NCBI RefSeq assembly: GCF_963921235.1
Contig: NC_086100.1
Coordinates: 151,280,001-151,344,000 of the forward strand
DNA: 64,000 bases
From: Mobula hypostoma
Taxonomy: Eukaryota
Reading direction: 5' to 3'
Below the pieces are notes generated by a model. It was not told the DNA's origin, ran no database searches, and saw only the letters and a program-made list of their open reading frames with translations. This document shows, piece by piece, positions 47,935 through 61,198 of the stretch; position 1 is the first letter of the stretch, and the number at the start of each line of letters is the position of its first letter. The translations under genes and the position numbers were made by a program.

Positions 47935-50900
47935 AGTGGTTTCCTGAAAGGAAAATCCTGTCTGACAAACCTACTGCAATTTTTTGAGGAAATTACAAGG
48001 CGAGTTGGCAAAGGAGATGCAGTAGACATGGTGTACTTAGATTTTCAGAAGACCTTTGACAAGGTGCCGCACTTGAGGCTGCATAGCAAGATAAGAGCCC
48101 ATGGAATTACAGGGGAGTCACTAGCATTGGTGGAGCATTGGCTGGTCGGCAGAAAACAGTGAGTGGGAATAAAGGGATCCTATTCTGGCTGGCTGCCTGT
48201 TACCAGTGGAGTTCCACAGGAGTTGGTGTTGGGGCCGCTGATTTACAATGTATATTAATGATTTATGGAATTAATGGATTTGTGGCTAAATTTGCAGATG
48301 ATACAAAGACAGTTGGAGGAGCTGTTGTGTTGAGGAAACAGAGAGACTTAGTTTAGTGGAATGGGCAAAGAAGTGGCAAATGAAATACAATGTTGGAAAA
48401 TGTATGTGTAACTCTCACTTTGACTAGGGGACTAATATAGGGGGTGATAGCCCCCGGCCCGGCCAAACTTAAAGAAAGCTTGTTTGGGTGGATGCGGTGT
48501 GATGTGTCCCTTGTTACAAATCAGTACCCTGAAATAACGAACAGTGCACAATATGAGATTAAATGATTAAGCTTTATAATTCTTACTTTGACCATATGGT
48601 TAGTAAAGAAATGAAAAAAGGGCCCAATCTTATTAAACAGTCTGTTGCACAATGTTAGAGCTCACTGTTAAGTCAATCGTCAATCGTCCACCATCGACCT
48701 CCTCCGATTGTCACTTCCCTTCGGACTCTCGCTCCAAGTCCACCCTGTCCAGCGGTCTACCAACTCTCTCCATTCACGTCTTCTCTCCTCATCTCTCCCC
48801 GGCAAAAGACCGCGAAAATCTCTCTGCCAGCTCACAAGGAAGAACAATAGAATTCCAAACCCCGTTATCTCCAGTCATAACCCAAACATTGCTGCTACAG
48901 AGAAACTATCACATTATCAGTGAAACCTTACAGCATGTTATACAGCAGTGAAACCGTACAGCATGTTACACTCTCCCCCCAACCAAATTTAGTCATATCC
49001 TCATGACACTGAGATAATTCTCCAACCCTTCCTGCAAAACACAAAGCCCAGTCCAGGTGTAAAAAGCAGTGACATAGCTCCCCGGCACAGTAGGGGTCAC
49101 ATTCTGTTCCCCTGGTGCTATGTAGGCCAACCTATCCAGTGGTCTCCTAATTCTCTGAGACCTCTGCACCCCATCATCTAACATTTCAGGTTTTGACACT
49201 ACTGGGGATACTGGGTTTACCTGGCGAGGTCTCCTCCAATCTATCACTCGTGCCCACCTGCAATTTGGAGCCCTCTGTTCTGTGATCAAACCCCACTTCC
49301 TCCCCTGCAGAGTCCCGCTGCAACCCAGGCTGCCCACAGATGCACCCCCCTCACCTGTCTCAATGGGAGAAGGGCCGGGAGTCTCTTCCTCAATCAATGG
49401 GGAGTTAGCGAAAGGCAGCGTATACCACACATCCAGGTCCTCATCCTCCGAATCAGTATCCCTCTCGGGGTGGCGGGGGTGGGGGGGTGCGGCTTGACCT
49501 CGCCTGTTGGGAGCTCAGTAGTCACCCGACGTTTCCGCAGAGTCCTCTTACTAGGTGTAGGCTCCAAGTTGGGCTCTGGGTCTACCTGTACCTCTTGACC
49601 CAGGGGCCACAGGTTATTCCAATGGAGAACCTTGACAGGCTCATTCCCATTCTCTGGTTTCACCGGGAAAACTGGTAGGTTTGGCATCTGACTCTCCACC
49701 ACATAGGGCGTAGCCACCCAACGGTCAGCAACTTATGCTTTCCAGATAGCCCCAAATTCCTTATGTGGACTGTCTCCTGGCAGAAGTTGGGAGAACCTCA
49801 CCTTTTGATCATACCTCCTCTTATTCCCTTAATTCTGCTGGGCAGCCGTGACCCCAGCTAATTCATAAGCCCTTTTCTACTCTCTTCTCATGTCAGACAC
49901 ATACTTCAGATAAGTCTTCAGTGGTAAGTCACCCTCGTCAGTCCCAAAACAAAGGTCAATGGGCAACCTCGCCTCATGCCCAAATATCAGATAATTTGGT
50001 GATTACCCAGTAGCTTCATTTCGTGTACAATTATAACTGTGAAACAGATGCCCAATATGTTGACTCCACCTGCTCTTCTTGCTGATCTGCAGGGTCCTGA
50101 GCACGTATAGCAAGTCTGGTTAAACGTCTCTGGCTGGGGATCACTCTGCGGGTGATAGGGCATGGTCCTTGACTTCTCGACGCCAAGCATGCCCAGTAAC
50201 TCATGGATGAGTCTGCTCTCGAAATCCTGTCTCTGATCGCTATGTATTCGCCTGGGAAGGCCATAATAATTGAAATACTTCTCCCATAACACCTTTGCAA
50301 CCATAGACACCCTCTGGTCCTTGGTAGGAAAAGCCTGAGCATATCTGGTGTAGTGGTCCGTGATGACTAAGACATTTGCTGTGTTGCTGGCATAGGGTTC
50401 TATGGACAGGAAATCCACACACACCAGGACCAGAGGCCCTGCACTCTGCAAGTGTGACAAAGAAGCTGCCCACATAGGCAGTGTCTTCCATGGTATACAT
50501 CGAATGCATGAATTGCAGTATTCTTCGACCTCCGACTTCATTCGGAGCCAGTAAAACCAGTCTCTGAGCAGATCCATAGGTCTTTTCCACCCCCAAGTGT
50601 CCAGAATCATCATGAAGTGACTTCCAACGCAATCCTCCAATACTTCTCGGGCAGAACCAGCTGGCAACGCTGGGGTCGGTTTGGGGGTGATGTGATCCGG
50701 TATAAGATTTGATTCTTCAACTCCAACCAAGGCCATTCTCATAGTAATGGAGGCAGCGACATGTTTTTCATCCTCTCCACCTAAGCTATGTCTCCTTTTT
50801 CGACTGCTGCCCAAATGGTACCAATGCCTGGATCGTTGCGCTGAGCAGCAGCCACTTCCCCAGAACTCAATCCCGGCAGCTAATTGGTCTTCAGAGCAGT

Positions 50901-53900
50901 CAGGTTACACTAAACTTGGGTGATGGTGTCATCAGAGGCCCCCAATTGATCCACCACTTGCTCCTGCCCCTCCTTTTCCTCTGCCTTCACGGTGATGGCA
51001 AACTGACACAGGGCCTTCACCCCCGGGGCAGGAACGCTCTCCCACTCCTCGTCCCTAACCAGTCCCTTGTGCGCCCGTTGGGACAAAGCATCAACGTCAA
51101 TGTTCCAGCTTCCCGGCCGGTACTTCAGGCTGAAGTCATAGGCAGACAACGCCGCCAATCATTGATGGCCTGTGGCATCCAATTTCGCCGATGTCAGGAT
51201 ATAAGTTTGGGGGGTTGTTGTCTGTCCTCACCTCAAACTTGGTCCCATAGAGGTAGTCACTCAGCTTATCCACCACTGCCCATTTCAACGGCAGAACTTC
51301 CAACTTGTGTGTGGGATAGTTTTTCTCGGAGGGCGACAAACTCCAGCTGCTAAACACAACTGCCCTCAACCCAGAGCCCTGATCTTGATACAGGATGCCC
51401 CCTAAACCCTCTCGGCTGGCATCCATGTGCAGTACATACGGTAATCGGGTGTCTGCAAAAGCCAGCACTGCTGCCTGGGCCTGCAGCTCCTTCAGTGACT
51501 GAAAGGCCTTCTCACATTTCGCATCCCACCTCGGTCCAAAGGGCCCCGACAGGCTAAGATACTCTCCACCCCCCTGTCCTTTTATCCCGCTCCCTTTCTT
51601 CCCCAAGGGAGGGTAACCACACAGAAGCCGATTCAAAGGGTGGTTCACTTTCGTGTAGCATTTCACAAACTTCCAATAGTAACCACAAAACCCGAGGAAT
51701 GAGTACAGAGCACTCACAGTCTGGGGTCTTGGCCAAGTGGTAATGGCCTTGATCTTAGCTGGATCTGTAGCTACCCCATCTGTGACACTGTGTGCCCAAC
51801 ATAGCTAACAGACATTTGACAGAACTGGCAATAGTCCAGGGAGAGTTTTAACCCTTCAGCTTTCAGGCAGCCCAGCACCTTCAGCACCTTCGCTTCATGT
51901 TCTTCCAAGGTGAATCCAAATACTATGAGGTCATCCAGATGTACCAATACCTCAAGCAAGTTCATATCCTCCACCGTCTTCTCCATGGCCCACTGGAAGA
52001 TTTCAGGAGCTCCTGAGATGCCCTGGGGCATCCTTTCCAACTGGAAAAATCCTGGGGGCATATAAATGCCGTTTTCTCTTTGTTGGCCTCACTCATGGGG
52101 ATCTGGTAATATCCACTCCTCAAGTCCAGCAACCTGAACCACTTGGCAGCACTCAGGCATGCCAGCACGTCTTCAGTCCTCGGGACGGGGATGGTGCGCC
52201 TGTTCAGAGTCCTGTAGTCCACACGCATCTGTACTTTCCCATTCTTCTTTCGGGCCACTACTTTTGGGGATGCATAGGGGCTTCCGGATTCAGTGATGAT
52301 CCCAGTTCCCTTCAACTTACACAAATGCTGCCAAACGTCCTCCATCTCTGCAGGGGCCAGTCGCCGTGGCCTTTCTCTGAACGGGGTATCCTCAGTCACC
52401 CGGATAGTGTGACATGTGCTCTTTGAACAACCCACATCAAACTCGTCAGTGGAAAAGACACCTTCCAGCTTCAACATCTTCTCCACCAATCTCCTCTTCC
52501 AACCCACAGGAACTGGGGAGTCCCCGAAGCTGAATGACTCAGCGGTCAACTTTCCCCCCTCTTCCAATAGTTTCTCCCCGGGGTGTCTCGCCGGGGCACT
52601 AGACATCACCGTCACCAGGAAGAAAAGCGCCGGGGCATCCCCCGCTTGAAGGTGACCTCCCCCTTTGTAGTGTTCCTGACAATCACTGCCATCCCACTTG
52701 CCTGTACAACTGAGGGCCTCTGCAATTGGGGCCTCACCAGTACCCCAGCAGGAAATCCTGACTGCCCCTCGTGGTCTTCTGGAGAGTCCACTAAGAGGGC
52801 TTCGCGCTCAGGCACTCCAGAAAATTTGGGGGTCCCCATCACTCTCGCTACTTCCCCGGGCCATACCACCATTGGCTTCAACTGGGTGAACTTTACAGTC
52901 CCTTGTCTAAATTCGGTATCTGGCCCAATGCTGCCATGCACTTCCTCAAAAGCAGCTCGAAACCCCGGGAGCACGGACAATGTCCCCAGAAAGCTCTCGC
53001 CAGTCTTCTCCTTGCAGGCCACCATGAGTCTCCTCACAAGAGGGGTGTTGGTCCCCACCGGAATTGAAACGCTGCCCTTCTCCGGGTCCAGACAAACCAG
53101 CACCAGTGTATCAAGGACCTCAGACACTCCCACATCGGCCTCTGAGAACTCCAACTTCACTGACAAATAACCGTCGTATGGATAATCACTAGCATTAAGC
53201 CCCCAGATCTCCAGTGCCCTGAATGGTGTCATTGGCAAATGCTTCAGATACCGGTTGTAAAACAAATGGTACAACAACATGACCTGTGACCTGGTGTTGA
53301 GTATGGCTTTAGCATAAATACCCTCTATTCGTAGCGACAGACTGGAGCATGGACCCAATAAGCCTTCAGGAGTTGGGCCTTTCACTTTCGGGAGTTCCTT
53401 GGTACATTGCTGGGAATGTGTTCCCCCAGAGACACCAGGCCTTTCCCTCACTGGGTCTCCTCTAGATTTTCCCAATGACTCCCCCTGCTGAGGTACCCGG
53501 GGGCTCACTCTCCTTCTGGTGTGACACCTGCTGCCAGCTGATGTTGTGAGAGCTGTCAGGTTGAAATATCCGGTAGCGACAGCTGTCAATTATTGTTCGT
53601 CCCTTTGGGGAATCCACTGCCCCATCAGCTCTATCACATGGGGGGGGGTCACACCCGCTGATAATAGCCAACATATCTCCATTCTCAACTCTGCCACAAT
53701 CTCCTCTACTGCTCCCCCGGGGTAGGCTATCTGTGGTCACTTCACCACAGGAGACTACTGCTGAGGACTGTACCTTGCTGACGGAGTCCTCCCGCACCTC
53801 TGCCGCATTCTCCTCTTCCTGTACCTCTCTGATCAACTCAACAAAAGATGGAGGGGGGCACGTCTTACGAGACTGTCAGAGACCCCAAGCAATCAGGTCA

Positions 53901-55272
53901 TGGGACTAGGCGCCCCTGGCTATCTGGTCCATTCTTAACTGATCCACCTCAGCCACCTGAATGACCCCTCTGCACTGCAAGCAATTTAGCTGCCTCTCTA
54001 GAGAAAAAATAAAAGCAGAAAGCTTCTCCCCCTTCTCCTGATGCATGTTCTGAAACCCCAGCATGAGCCAAAAGCATTGTCCAGTGCTTGCATGTAATTG
54101 ACAGCTGTCGCTACCGGATATTTCAATCTGACAGCTCTCACAACATCAGTGGCCTGCCCATTCAAACTTTCAACCAATCACTGTCACCTTTCATCATTAG
54201 AGCACTGCCACTCATTAACAACTGAGAGGTCTGCTCTGCCCAAGTCTCATACTCCTCCTCCCCTCTAGGGGTGGCGTTATTCCAGAGAATAGGCAGAGCC
54301 TGCCATAGCTAGGACTTTGAATCTGTCTTTTCCATTTATTCGCCAGAGAAGTAAGGGCGGATACTAACTCAGAATTCTCACTCTTCACCAGGGGATGTGG
54401 ATTAATTAGACATTCCAAATCCGACCACTCTTTCCCCTCACTCCTCAGAAACGAGAGAACCCTGTTTTTGAAATCTCTAACCCCAGCTACCGATACCTCA
54501 GCGCTGGTCTGTATTAAAATGAAAGCTGCGCCTGCCATTTTATCAAACCTCCGCCCACAATCGCAACTTCAACAGTAGAATTAACAATTCATTCGGAGTA
54601 CAAATATCTGCCCCAGTGGTTCATTGCTCAGGGTAATCACACAGCATCCAACGGAATCAATCCCAGACAAGCCCCCACAATTGTAACTCTCGCTTCGGCT
54701 AGCGACTTAATATGGGGGGGGGGGTGATAGTCCCTGGCTTGGCCAAACTTAAGAAACCTTTTTTGGATAGATGCGGCGTGATGTGTCCCCTGTTAACCCA
54801 AAATAACAAACAGTACACAATATGCGATTAAACGATTAAGCTTTATAATTCTTACTTTGACTATATGGTTAGAAAAGAAATGAAAAAAAGAAAAAAAGGG
54901 CCCTATCTTATTAAACTGCCTGTTGCACAATGTTGGAGCTCACTGATAAGTCGATTGTCCACCATCAACCTCCTCTGATTGTCGCTGCCCCTCGGACCCT
55001 CACTCCAAGTCCACCCCGTCCAGCGGTCTACCAACTCTCTCCATTCACATCTTCTCTCATCTCTCCCCAGCAAAAGACCGTGAAAATCTCTCTTCCAGCT
55101 CACAAGAAAGAACAACAGCATTCCAAACCCTGTTATTTTTAGTAATAACCCAAACATTGCTGCTACAGAGAAACCATTATATTATCAGTGAAACCCTACA
55201 GCGTGTTACACAGCAGTGTATCATGTTACATATGGTCATGCACTTTGGTGGAAGAAATAAATAGGCAGACTA
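47935..55272 (+). mobile_element. CR1 RT fragment split by the Gypsy insertion (47935-48406 and 55231-55272)
   Basis: ...GGAAAATGTATG joins GTCATGCACTTTGG across the LTR element. Confidence 0.8.
48407..55230 (-). mobile_element. Full-length decayed Ty3/Gypsy LTR retrotransposon with PNMA-like gag
   Basis: LTRs 54682-55230 (5') and 48407-48970 (3'), TG...CA; TSD TATG at 48403-48406 and 55231-55234; PBS TGGGGGCTTGTCTGGGAT (tRNA-Pro type) 54677-54660; PPT 48980-48971; order gag-PR-RT(HLDD)-RNaseH(DAS)-IN(HDDSGHLG, HSDQ). Confidence 0.93.
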
Positions 55273-55859
55273 TACCAAAACAAAGAAACACTACGGAACG
55301 CATTCAAAGAAAACATCAAACACCCAACATGCAAAAGGAGGCCATTATTTTGAAAGTCTGTTCAATTACTGTGACAACAAAATTGCGATAAGGAAAATAA
55401 AGTTCTGCATTACTGCAAGATTCAGAGGATGGTGGAAGTTCAATCGGGAGATGGGTATAAAAGTAGGGAAGTAGTATACTTACAAGTCTTCTATTGGACA
55501 TACGAGGTTGAATAATTCCTCGTTCAGAATTAATATGCATAATACAGACATTCGTAGGGATTGCACTTGTCAAGAAACAGTGCAGCATATGAGGTGCAAA
55601 GGAAACACCTAATTGCTAGATTAAGATCTTTGAGACAGACACAGTTTAGCAAGGAAAGTTTGTTAGAATATTATTGCGGTTGTAATGTGCCCAAGAGCGT
55701 ATTTGTCTTTCTGAAAAGCATTAGACTTTCTGATGTTATTTGAATATTTTTTTGGGGGGGGGCTTGAATTTAGCGGGCATACTCCCTGTCTCGTTGCTGT
55801 ACACTCCAATTCAATAAGTGGCGGTAATGCCAACCGCCGTTAAACTTTACAAGAGGAAA

Positions 55860-56130
55860 ATTCCTATATTTCGCCGTCCTCACAACAAGAGGGCACTGCA
55901 CATGCGTAGTGCTGAGCAGAGGTGAGCGTCTTGCTTCTGACGGCAGATCAATCCTGGGCCACGCGTCTGGTGAGCTGGTCGGCTTCCGCCCCTCTCCAAC
56001 GGATCCCGGCAAATTAACATCGCAGTATCGAAATGTACGATCCCGATGAGGCTGAAGGTGAGTGTTGTATTTGACTTCATAATCTGTGGCTGTGTTCTGC
56101 GTGACGGTGAAGAAAAATGGCGCTGCGCCG
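55860..56130 (+). promoter_or_regulatory. CpG-island housekeeping-type promoter
   Basis: NRF1-like TGCACATGCGTA 55897-55908; ETS/GC-box CTTCCGCCCC near 55983; YY1 AAAATGGCG near 56114 in intron 1. Confidence 0.65.
56033..56057 (+). CDS. POLR2B: Probable first coding exon of RNA polymerase II subunit RPB2; gene continues beyond the window
   Basis: ATG TAC GAT CCC GAT GAG GCT GAA G|gtgagt = MYDPDEAE(D), compare human MYDADED with a short phase-1 first exon; lies in a CpG promoter. Only 8 codons are visible and no exon 2 was found in the window. Confidence 0.68.
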
Positions 56131-57220
56131 GCATTCCGGGTGCCAGAGTGGGCGAACAGATAGTTCAGCCGAGGCCTCGCTTGCTGCAGAGAGCGTAGGC
56201 CAAACTGATGACGCTGTCAGTGGAAAGAAGGATGCAAACATAAGCTGGAAGTCTCTTTGTCCCTGGATTAGTATTCACTGACCCACAGATACACAGCATT
56301 CTTTCAAATGTGTTTTTTTTTAAAAACATAACACTGTAACATCCCATCTCTGACCTTCCAAACGGTTTCGCAGTTACTGATATAAATGCTGGAAGAGGTA
56401 GCCAATTTGCGAACCACAACCTGAACTTGGTGATGTTAATTGAGACATAAATATTGGCCTTAGTAATGGGGATAACTTTTTTTTTTCCAAAACAACGCTG
56501 CGTTTGAAGATGTGGACTTTTTCCCCCTACTTATAACGTGAAAGGCTATCTCTAAATGCAGCAGCACCTTAAATACATTTTCATGCTCTCAGATCTGGGA
56601 TGAGACTTGAGCCAAGATCTTCTGACATGGCGTTAAGAGTGCTGCTGGTTGTCACTTGTACAATGAAGTAAAAAATCTGAAATTTTAATTAAGATCTACT
56701 GTACAATTTGTAGAGTAATGTCTAATGTTGAAAATCAAAATAACTGGAGGCTGACAATCTGAAATAAGGCTGGAAACATTCAACTTGTCAGACTACCTTG
56801 GCAAGAAACATTTATAGTTGATTACAAAGTTTCTGGCTTAAAACTCCTTTCTTGAGATTTGAGCCTCTAATGCAAGGAGAACTGGTTAAATATTTGGAGT
56901 CAAGGAAGGGACAATCCTATGGGCCAAGAGTATATCTTGACATTCATTCAAGAAATTGATAAAACTCCATAAAATTTGAAATCTTTATTTGTGCTGCTGC
57001 CTTGTAGTCATTCTAGCACCATCTTCTTTATGAAGTGTTAGCTGAACTGCCTTCCCCTTTCTCATTTATATTTGCATTACTGTCTTGCTGTATTAAAACG
57101 TTAAGGAAATCTGAACACGCTTCAACTATGTAAGTAACATCCTAAATCTATCATAGTTGATACACTTAAACTCCTGTGCCAGCATTCATTACAGCAGCAG
57201 TCTTTTTAAAATAAATAAAT

Positions 57221-57222
<2 letters not shown>

Positions 57223-57270
<48 letters not shown>
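57223..57270. repeat. (AC)24 microsatellite
   Basis: Perfect dinucleotide run. Confidence 0.98.
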
Positions 57271-57272
<2 letters not shown>

Positions 57273-57394
57273 TTTTAAGTTCATCACCTTAGCTACTCTT
57301 TCCTCCTGTCAGAATGCTCACGGTGAAAGACAGTGCATGGCTCCACACTTCAACATCTCGATATAGGTGACATTTCTAAAAGTGCTAGCATTAG

Positions 57395-57790
57395 ATTTGG
57401 TTGTATATTCTGTACTATATCAAATTAATGATATATTCGATTAGTGATAGAGGAGGATGCAAAGAATATCATGGACGAAACAAATATCTAACGAGGATGT
57501 CATGAACAGAGCAAACACAAAAAGAGAAATAATGTATGAGATCATGAAAAGGCAACATAACTTCATTGGACGTGATTAGGAAAGAGGAGTTAGAATGCAC
57601 GATAATTATGAGAAGGATTGAAGGGAAGAAAGCAAGAGGAAGACAAAGACAAATGATGATGGAGACAGCAGCCGGAGAACTGGAAATGAATACTGTACCA
57701 ATGAATTGATCCACTTGACCCGAAACAAGAGTGTGTGGGCCATGGCAGTCAAAGCTCAAACTGGGCATGGCACCTGATGATGGTGATAGA
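57395..57790 (+). mobile_element. RTE-clade LINE 3' fragment
   Basis: ISNEDVMNRA...IEGKKARGRQR; (TGA)n-like tail. Confidence 0.65.
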
Positions 57791-59549
57791 GGAAACACAT
57801 TCTCAAAATGAGCATGGAAATATAGTTTCATAGAGTCAAAAGGTACAGCACAGAAATGGGTCCTTCTATCCACTGTCATAGTTTTAGTGCATTTTATTTT
57901 GTACAGTAGGTATAATTTACTTAAATCGATAAACTAACAGTATTTTTGTGTGAGATTTAAGTTTTTGTCTGAATTTTTAGAACAGCAGATCCATTTGCTT
58001 AAACACATTTAGAATCTATTATTTTTAATTTCTCCAATTTTGGCAACCATTAGAAATATCCAAAGCAGGAGGTTTGGAACATTTTAAAGAGGCTTACGTT
58101 TGTAGGAGAGAATGATGATAATAGAGAAAATTATGAAAACAAGCAAGGGGTGAATAAGCATAAGAGATTCTGCAGATGCTATAAAACAAAAAATGCTGGA
58201 GGAATTAAGCAAGTCAGGTAGCATCTATGGAGGGGAATAAAAAGTCAATGTTTCAGGTTGAGACCTCTTCATCATAGAGTCATAGAAAAGTACAGCACAG
58301 AAATATGGGCCTTTTGGCCCATTTAGTCCACATTAAGCCACCTACTCCTATTGGCCTGCACTGGGACCATAGTCCTCTATGCCTCTATCATCGAGATACC
58401 AATTTAAACTTTTCTTAAACATTGGAATCAAGCTCATGTGTACCATTTGTGCTGGCAGCTCATTCCTCACTCTTGCAAACCTCTGAATGAAGACGTTTCC
58501 CCTCATGTTCCCCTTAAACCTCACTTTTCATTCTTACCCATGATCTCTGGTTGTAGTCTCACCCAACCTTGGTGGAAAAAGCCTATTTGCATTTACCCTC
58601 ATACCCTTCTTAATTTTGTATTAAATCTCTCCTCAATCTTCTATGTTGTATGGAATAAAGACCTAACCTATACAATGTTTCCTTAATACTCAGGACTTCT
58701 AGTCCTGGCAACATCCTTATAAATTTTCTCTGTACTCTTTCAACCTTATTTACCTCTTTTTCTGTAGGTAGATGAGCAGAAATGCTCGCAATACTTCAAA
58801 TAAGGCCTTATCAATATCTTCTACAATTTCAACATAACATCCTATCTTCCTATACTCAATTGGAAGGCCAATACGCCAAAAGCTTTCTTTATGACCCTGT
58901 CTACTTGTGATGCCACTTTCAATTAATTAGGGTCTTGTATTCCTATATCCCTTTGTTCTACCCCACTCTTCAGTGCCCTACTGTTCACTGTGTAAGACCT
59001 TCCCTGGTCGGTCCTACCAAAGTGCAACATTTCAGACTTATCTATATTAAATTCCATCTGCTATGTTTCAGCCCATTTTTTCAGCTGGTCCAGATCCCGC
59101 TGCAAGCCAAGATGGTCTTCCTTGTTGTCCTCTCTACCCCCTATCTTGGTGTCATCTGCAAATTTGCTGATCCAGTTAACCACATTGTCATCTATATCAG
59201 GGATCTGGATGATAAACAACACTGATCCCTGTGGCACTCCGCTAGTCACAGGCATCCCATTAGGGAGGCAACCATCTACAACTACACAGTGCTTTCTCCC
59301 ACAAAGCCAATGTATAATCCAGTTTACTATCTCATCTTTAATGCCAAGGGACTGAATCTTCTTGACCAACCTCCTGTGCAGGACTTTGTTAAATGCCTTG
59401 CTAAAATCCATGTAGAGAACATCCATTGCTTTGCCTTCATCAACTTTCCTGGTAACTTCCTCAAAAAACTGTGTAAGATTGGCTACAGATGATTTATCAT
59501 GTACAAAGCAATGCTGACTATCCCCAATCAGTCCATGTCTATCCAAATA

Positions 59550-59947
59550 CAGGTCGACCTTTTATAATCCGGTACCATTGGGACCTGAGGAGTGCCGGAT
59601 TAGTGAAAATGCCGAATTACAGAAGGATCACATTAAGCAATAGCTAACCACCTCATCATACCTTTAAAATATCAAAGGTTCATTTAATGTCAGAGGAATG
59701 TATACATCCTGAAATGCTTTTTCTTCGCAACCATCTATGAAAACAGAGGAGTGCCCCAAAGGATGAATGACAGTTAAATGTTAGAACCCCTAAGTTCCCC
59801 CCCTCGCGAATAAGTGGCAAAGAGCAACAATCCCCCCCTCCCCACTGCCAAAAAATAAAGTGCACCCACTACCAGCACTCAAGCGTGAACTAAGCGATAG
59901 CAAAGGCACAGACTTGCAGTTACCCTAAAGACTACATTGCACTCACA

Positions 59948-59990
<43 letters not shown>

Positions 59991-60388
59991 GATGATATGC
60001 TTAAATTCAGCGGGTCACCATGTCTGACCTGAGGTTGTAGGCAGAAGAGAACGGAGTGCCGGCCGGGCGACGCCGGAGGGCAGTGCACGACTGCTGGCAG
60101 GCGGGCGAGAACGCGGACTGGCCCAGCATGCACTAGCTCCCCCACCGCTGGTGGGTGAGACGGGCAGCTGTCGGGCGGCCACACCGCACGCAAATGATAT
60201 TAATAAATGCAGGAAAACAAGCAGGAATCACCTGTTTGTGCTTACAAGAGCGCGCTAACATGTGAACAGATCTAGCACAACCAAAACAATGCGCAGCAGA
60301 TTGGTATGATGGCCAGGAAAATTTGAAACCAGTGCGGATTATTGAAGGAACCAGATTACAGGTAGTCGGATAAGTGAAGGTCGACCTG
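59550..60388. mobile_element. Tc1/mariner-pogo type MITE with nested cargo
   Basis: TIRs CAGGTCGACCTT...ATCCG at both ends; TA duplication at 59548-59549 and 60389-60390; the host LINE rejoins as ATCCAAATACTTGTG. Confidence 0.85.
59940..60190 (-). pseudogene. rDNA-derived fragment: putative ITS2 3' end plus 28S rRNA 5' end
   Basis: 60037-59940 reads CAACCTCAGGTCAGACATGGTGACCCGCTGAATTTAAGCATATC..CTAAGCGGAGGAAAAGAAACTAACCAGGATTCCCTCAGTAAC, the conserved 28S 5' terminus with CpG decay; preceded by a GC-rich spacer-like stretch. Confidence 0.9.
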
Positions 60389-61198
60389 TACTTGTGTATC
60401 TGACCCCTTAGAATACCTTCCAATAACTTTGCCATGACTGATGTCAGGCTCACTGGCCTATAATTTCCTGGTTTATTTTCAGATCCTTTCTTAAACAGTG
60501 GAACATTGTTGGCTCTCCTCCCAATGCTGTGGTACCTCACCTGTCGCTAAGGATGATTTAACTATCTCTGCTAGGGCTCCGGCAATTTGTGCACTTGCCT
60601 CACACAGGGTCCGAGAGAAAACCTTCTCAGGCCCTGGGGATTTATCCGCTCTAATTTGCCTCAAGGCAGCAAACACCTCCTCTGTAATCTCTATAGGGTC
60701 CATGAAGTTGATACTGCTTTGCCTTGCTTCTATAGAGTTTGTGTCTATCCCCTGAGTAAATACAGATGCAAAAAGTCCATTTAAGATCTCTCTCCATTTG
60801 CTTTGGCTCCACGCATGGATTACCATTCTGATCTCCCACAGGACCAATTTTGTCTGCTAGGGCAAACTCATGCCTTCTTTTAGTCCTCCTGATTTCTTAA
60901 GTGTTCTCCTGCATTTCTGAGACTCCATAAGCACCTCATTTGTTCCTATCTGCCTTTATCTGCTATGCACCTTTTTTTCCTTAACCAGGCCCTAAATATC
61001 CCTTGAAAACCAAGACTCCCTGCTATCTTTACCTTTAATTCTGACAAGCAAGTGTAAGTTTTGCACTCTCAAAATTTTGCCTTTGTGTGAAAACAGCCTG
61101 TCCCATTCCACACTTGCGGATAATTTCTGATACCATCAAAATTGGCCTTTCTCCACTTTAGAATCTCAACCCATGGACCGGACCTACCTTTTCGCATA

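Noticed and set aside
55770-56012. 80-aa - strand ORF at the CpG promoter as NOA1 or a novel gene
   Set aside because: Non-ATG start, no recognisable similarity, typical CpG-island ORF.
59940-60037. Functional rRNA gene
   Set aside because: Only about 100 nt of 28S, with CpG decay and a small insertion, embedded in transposons.
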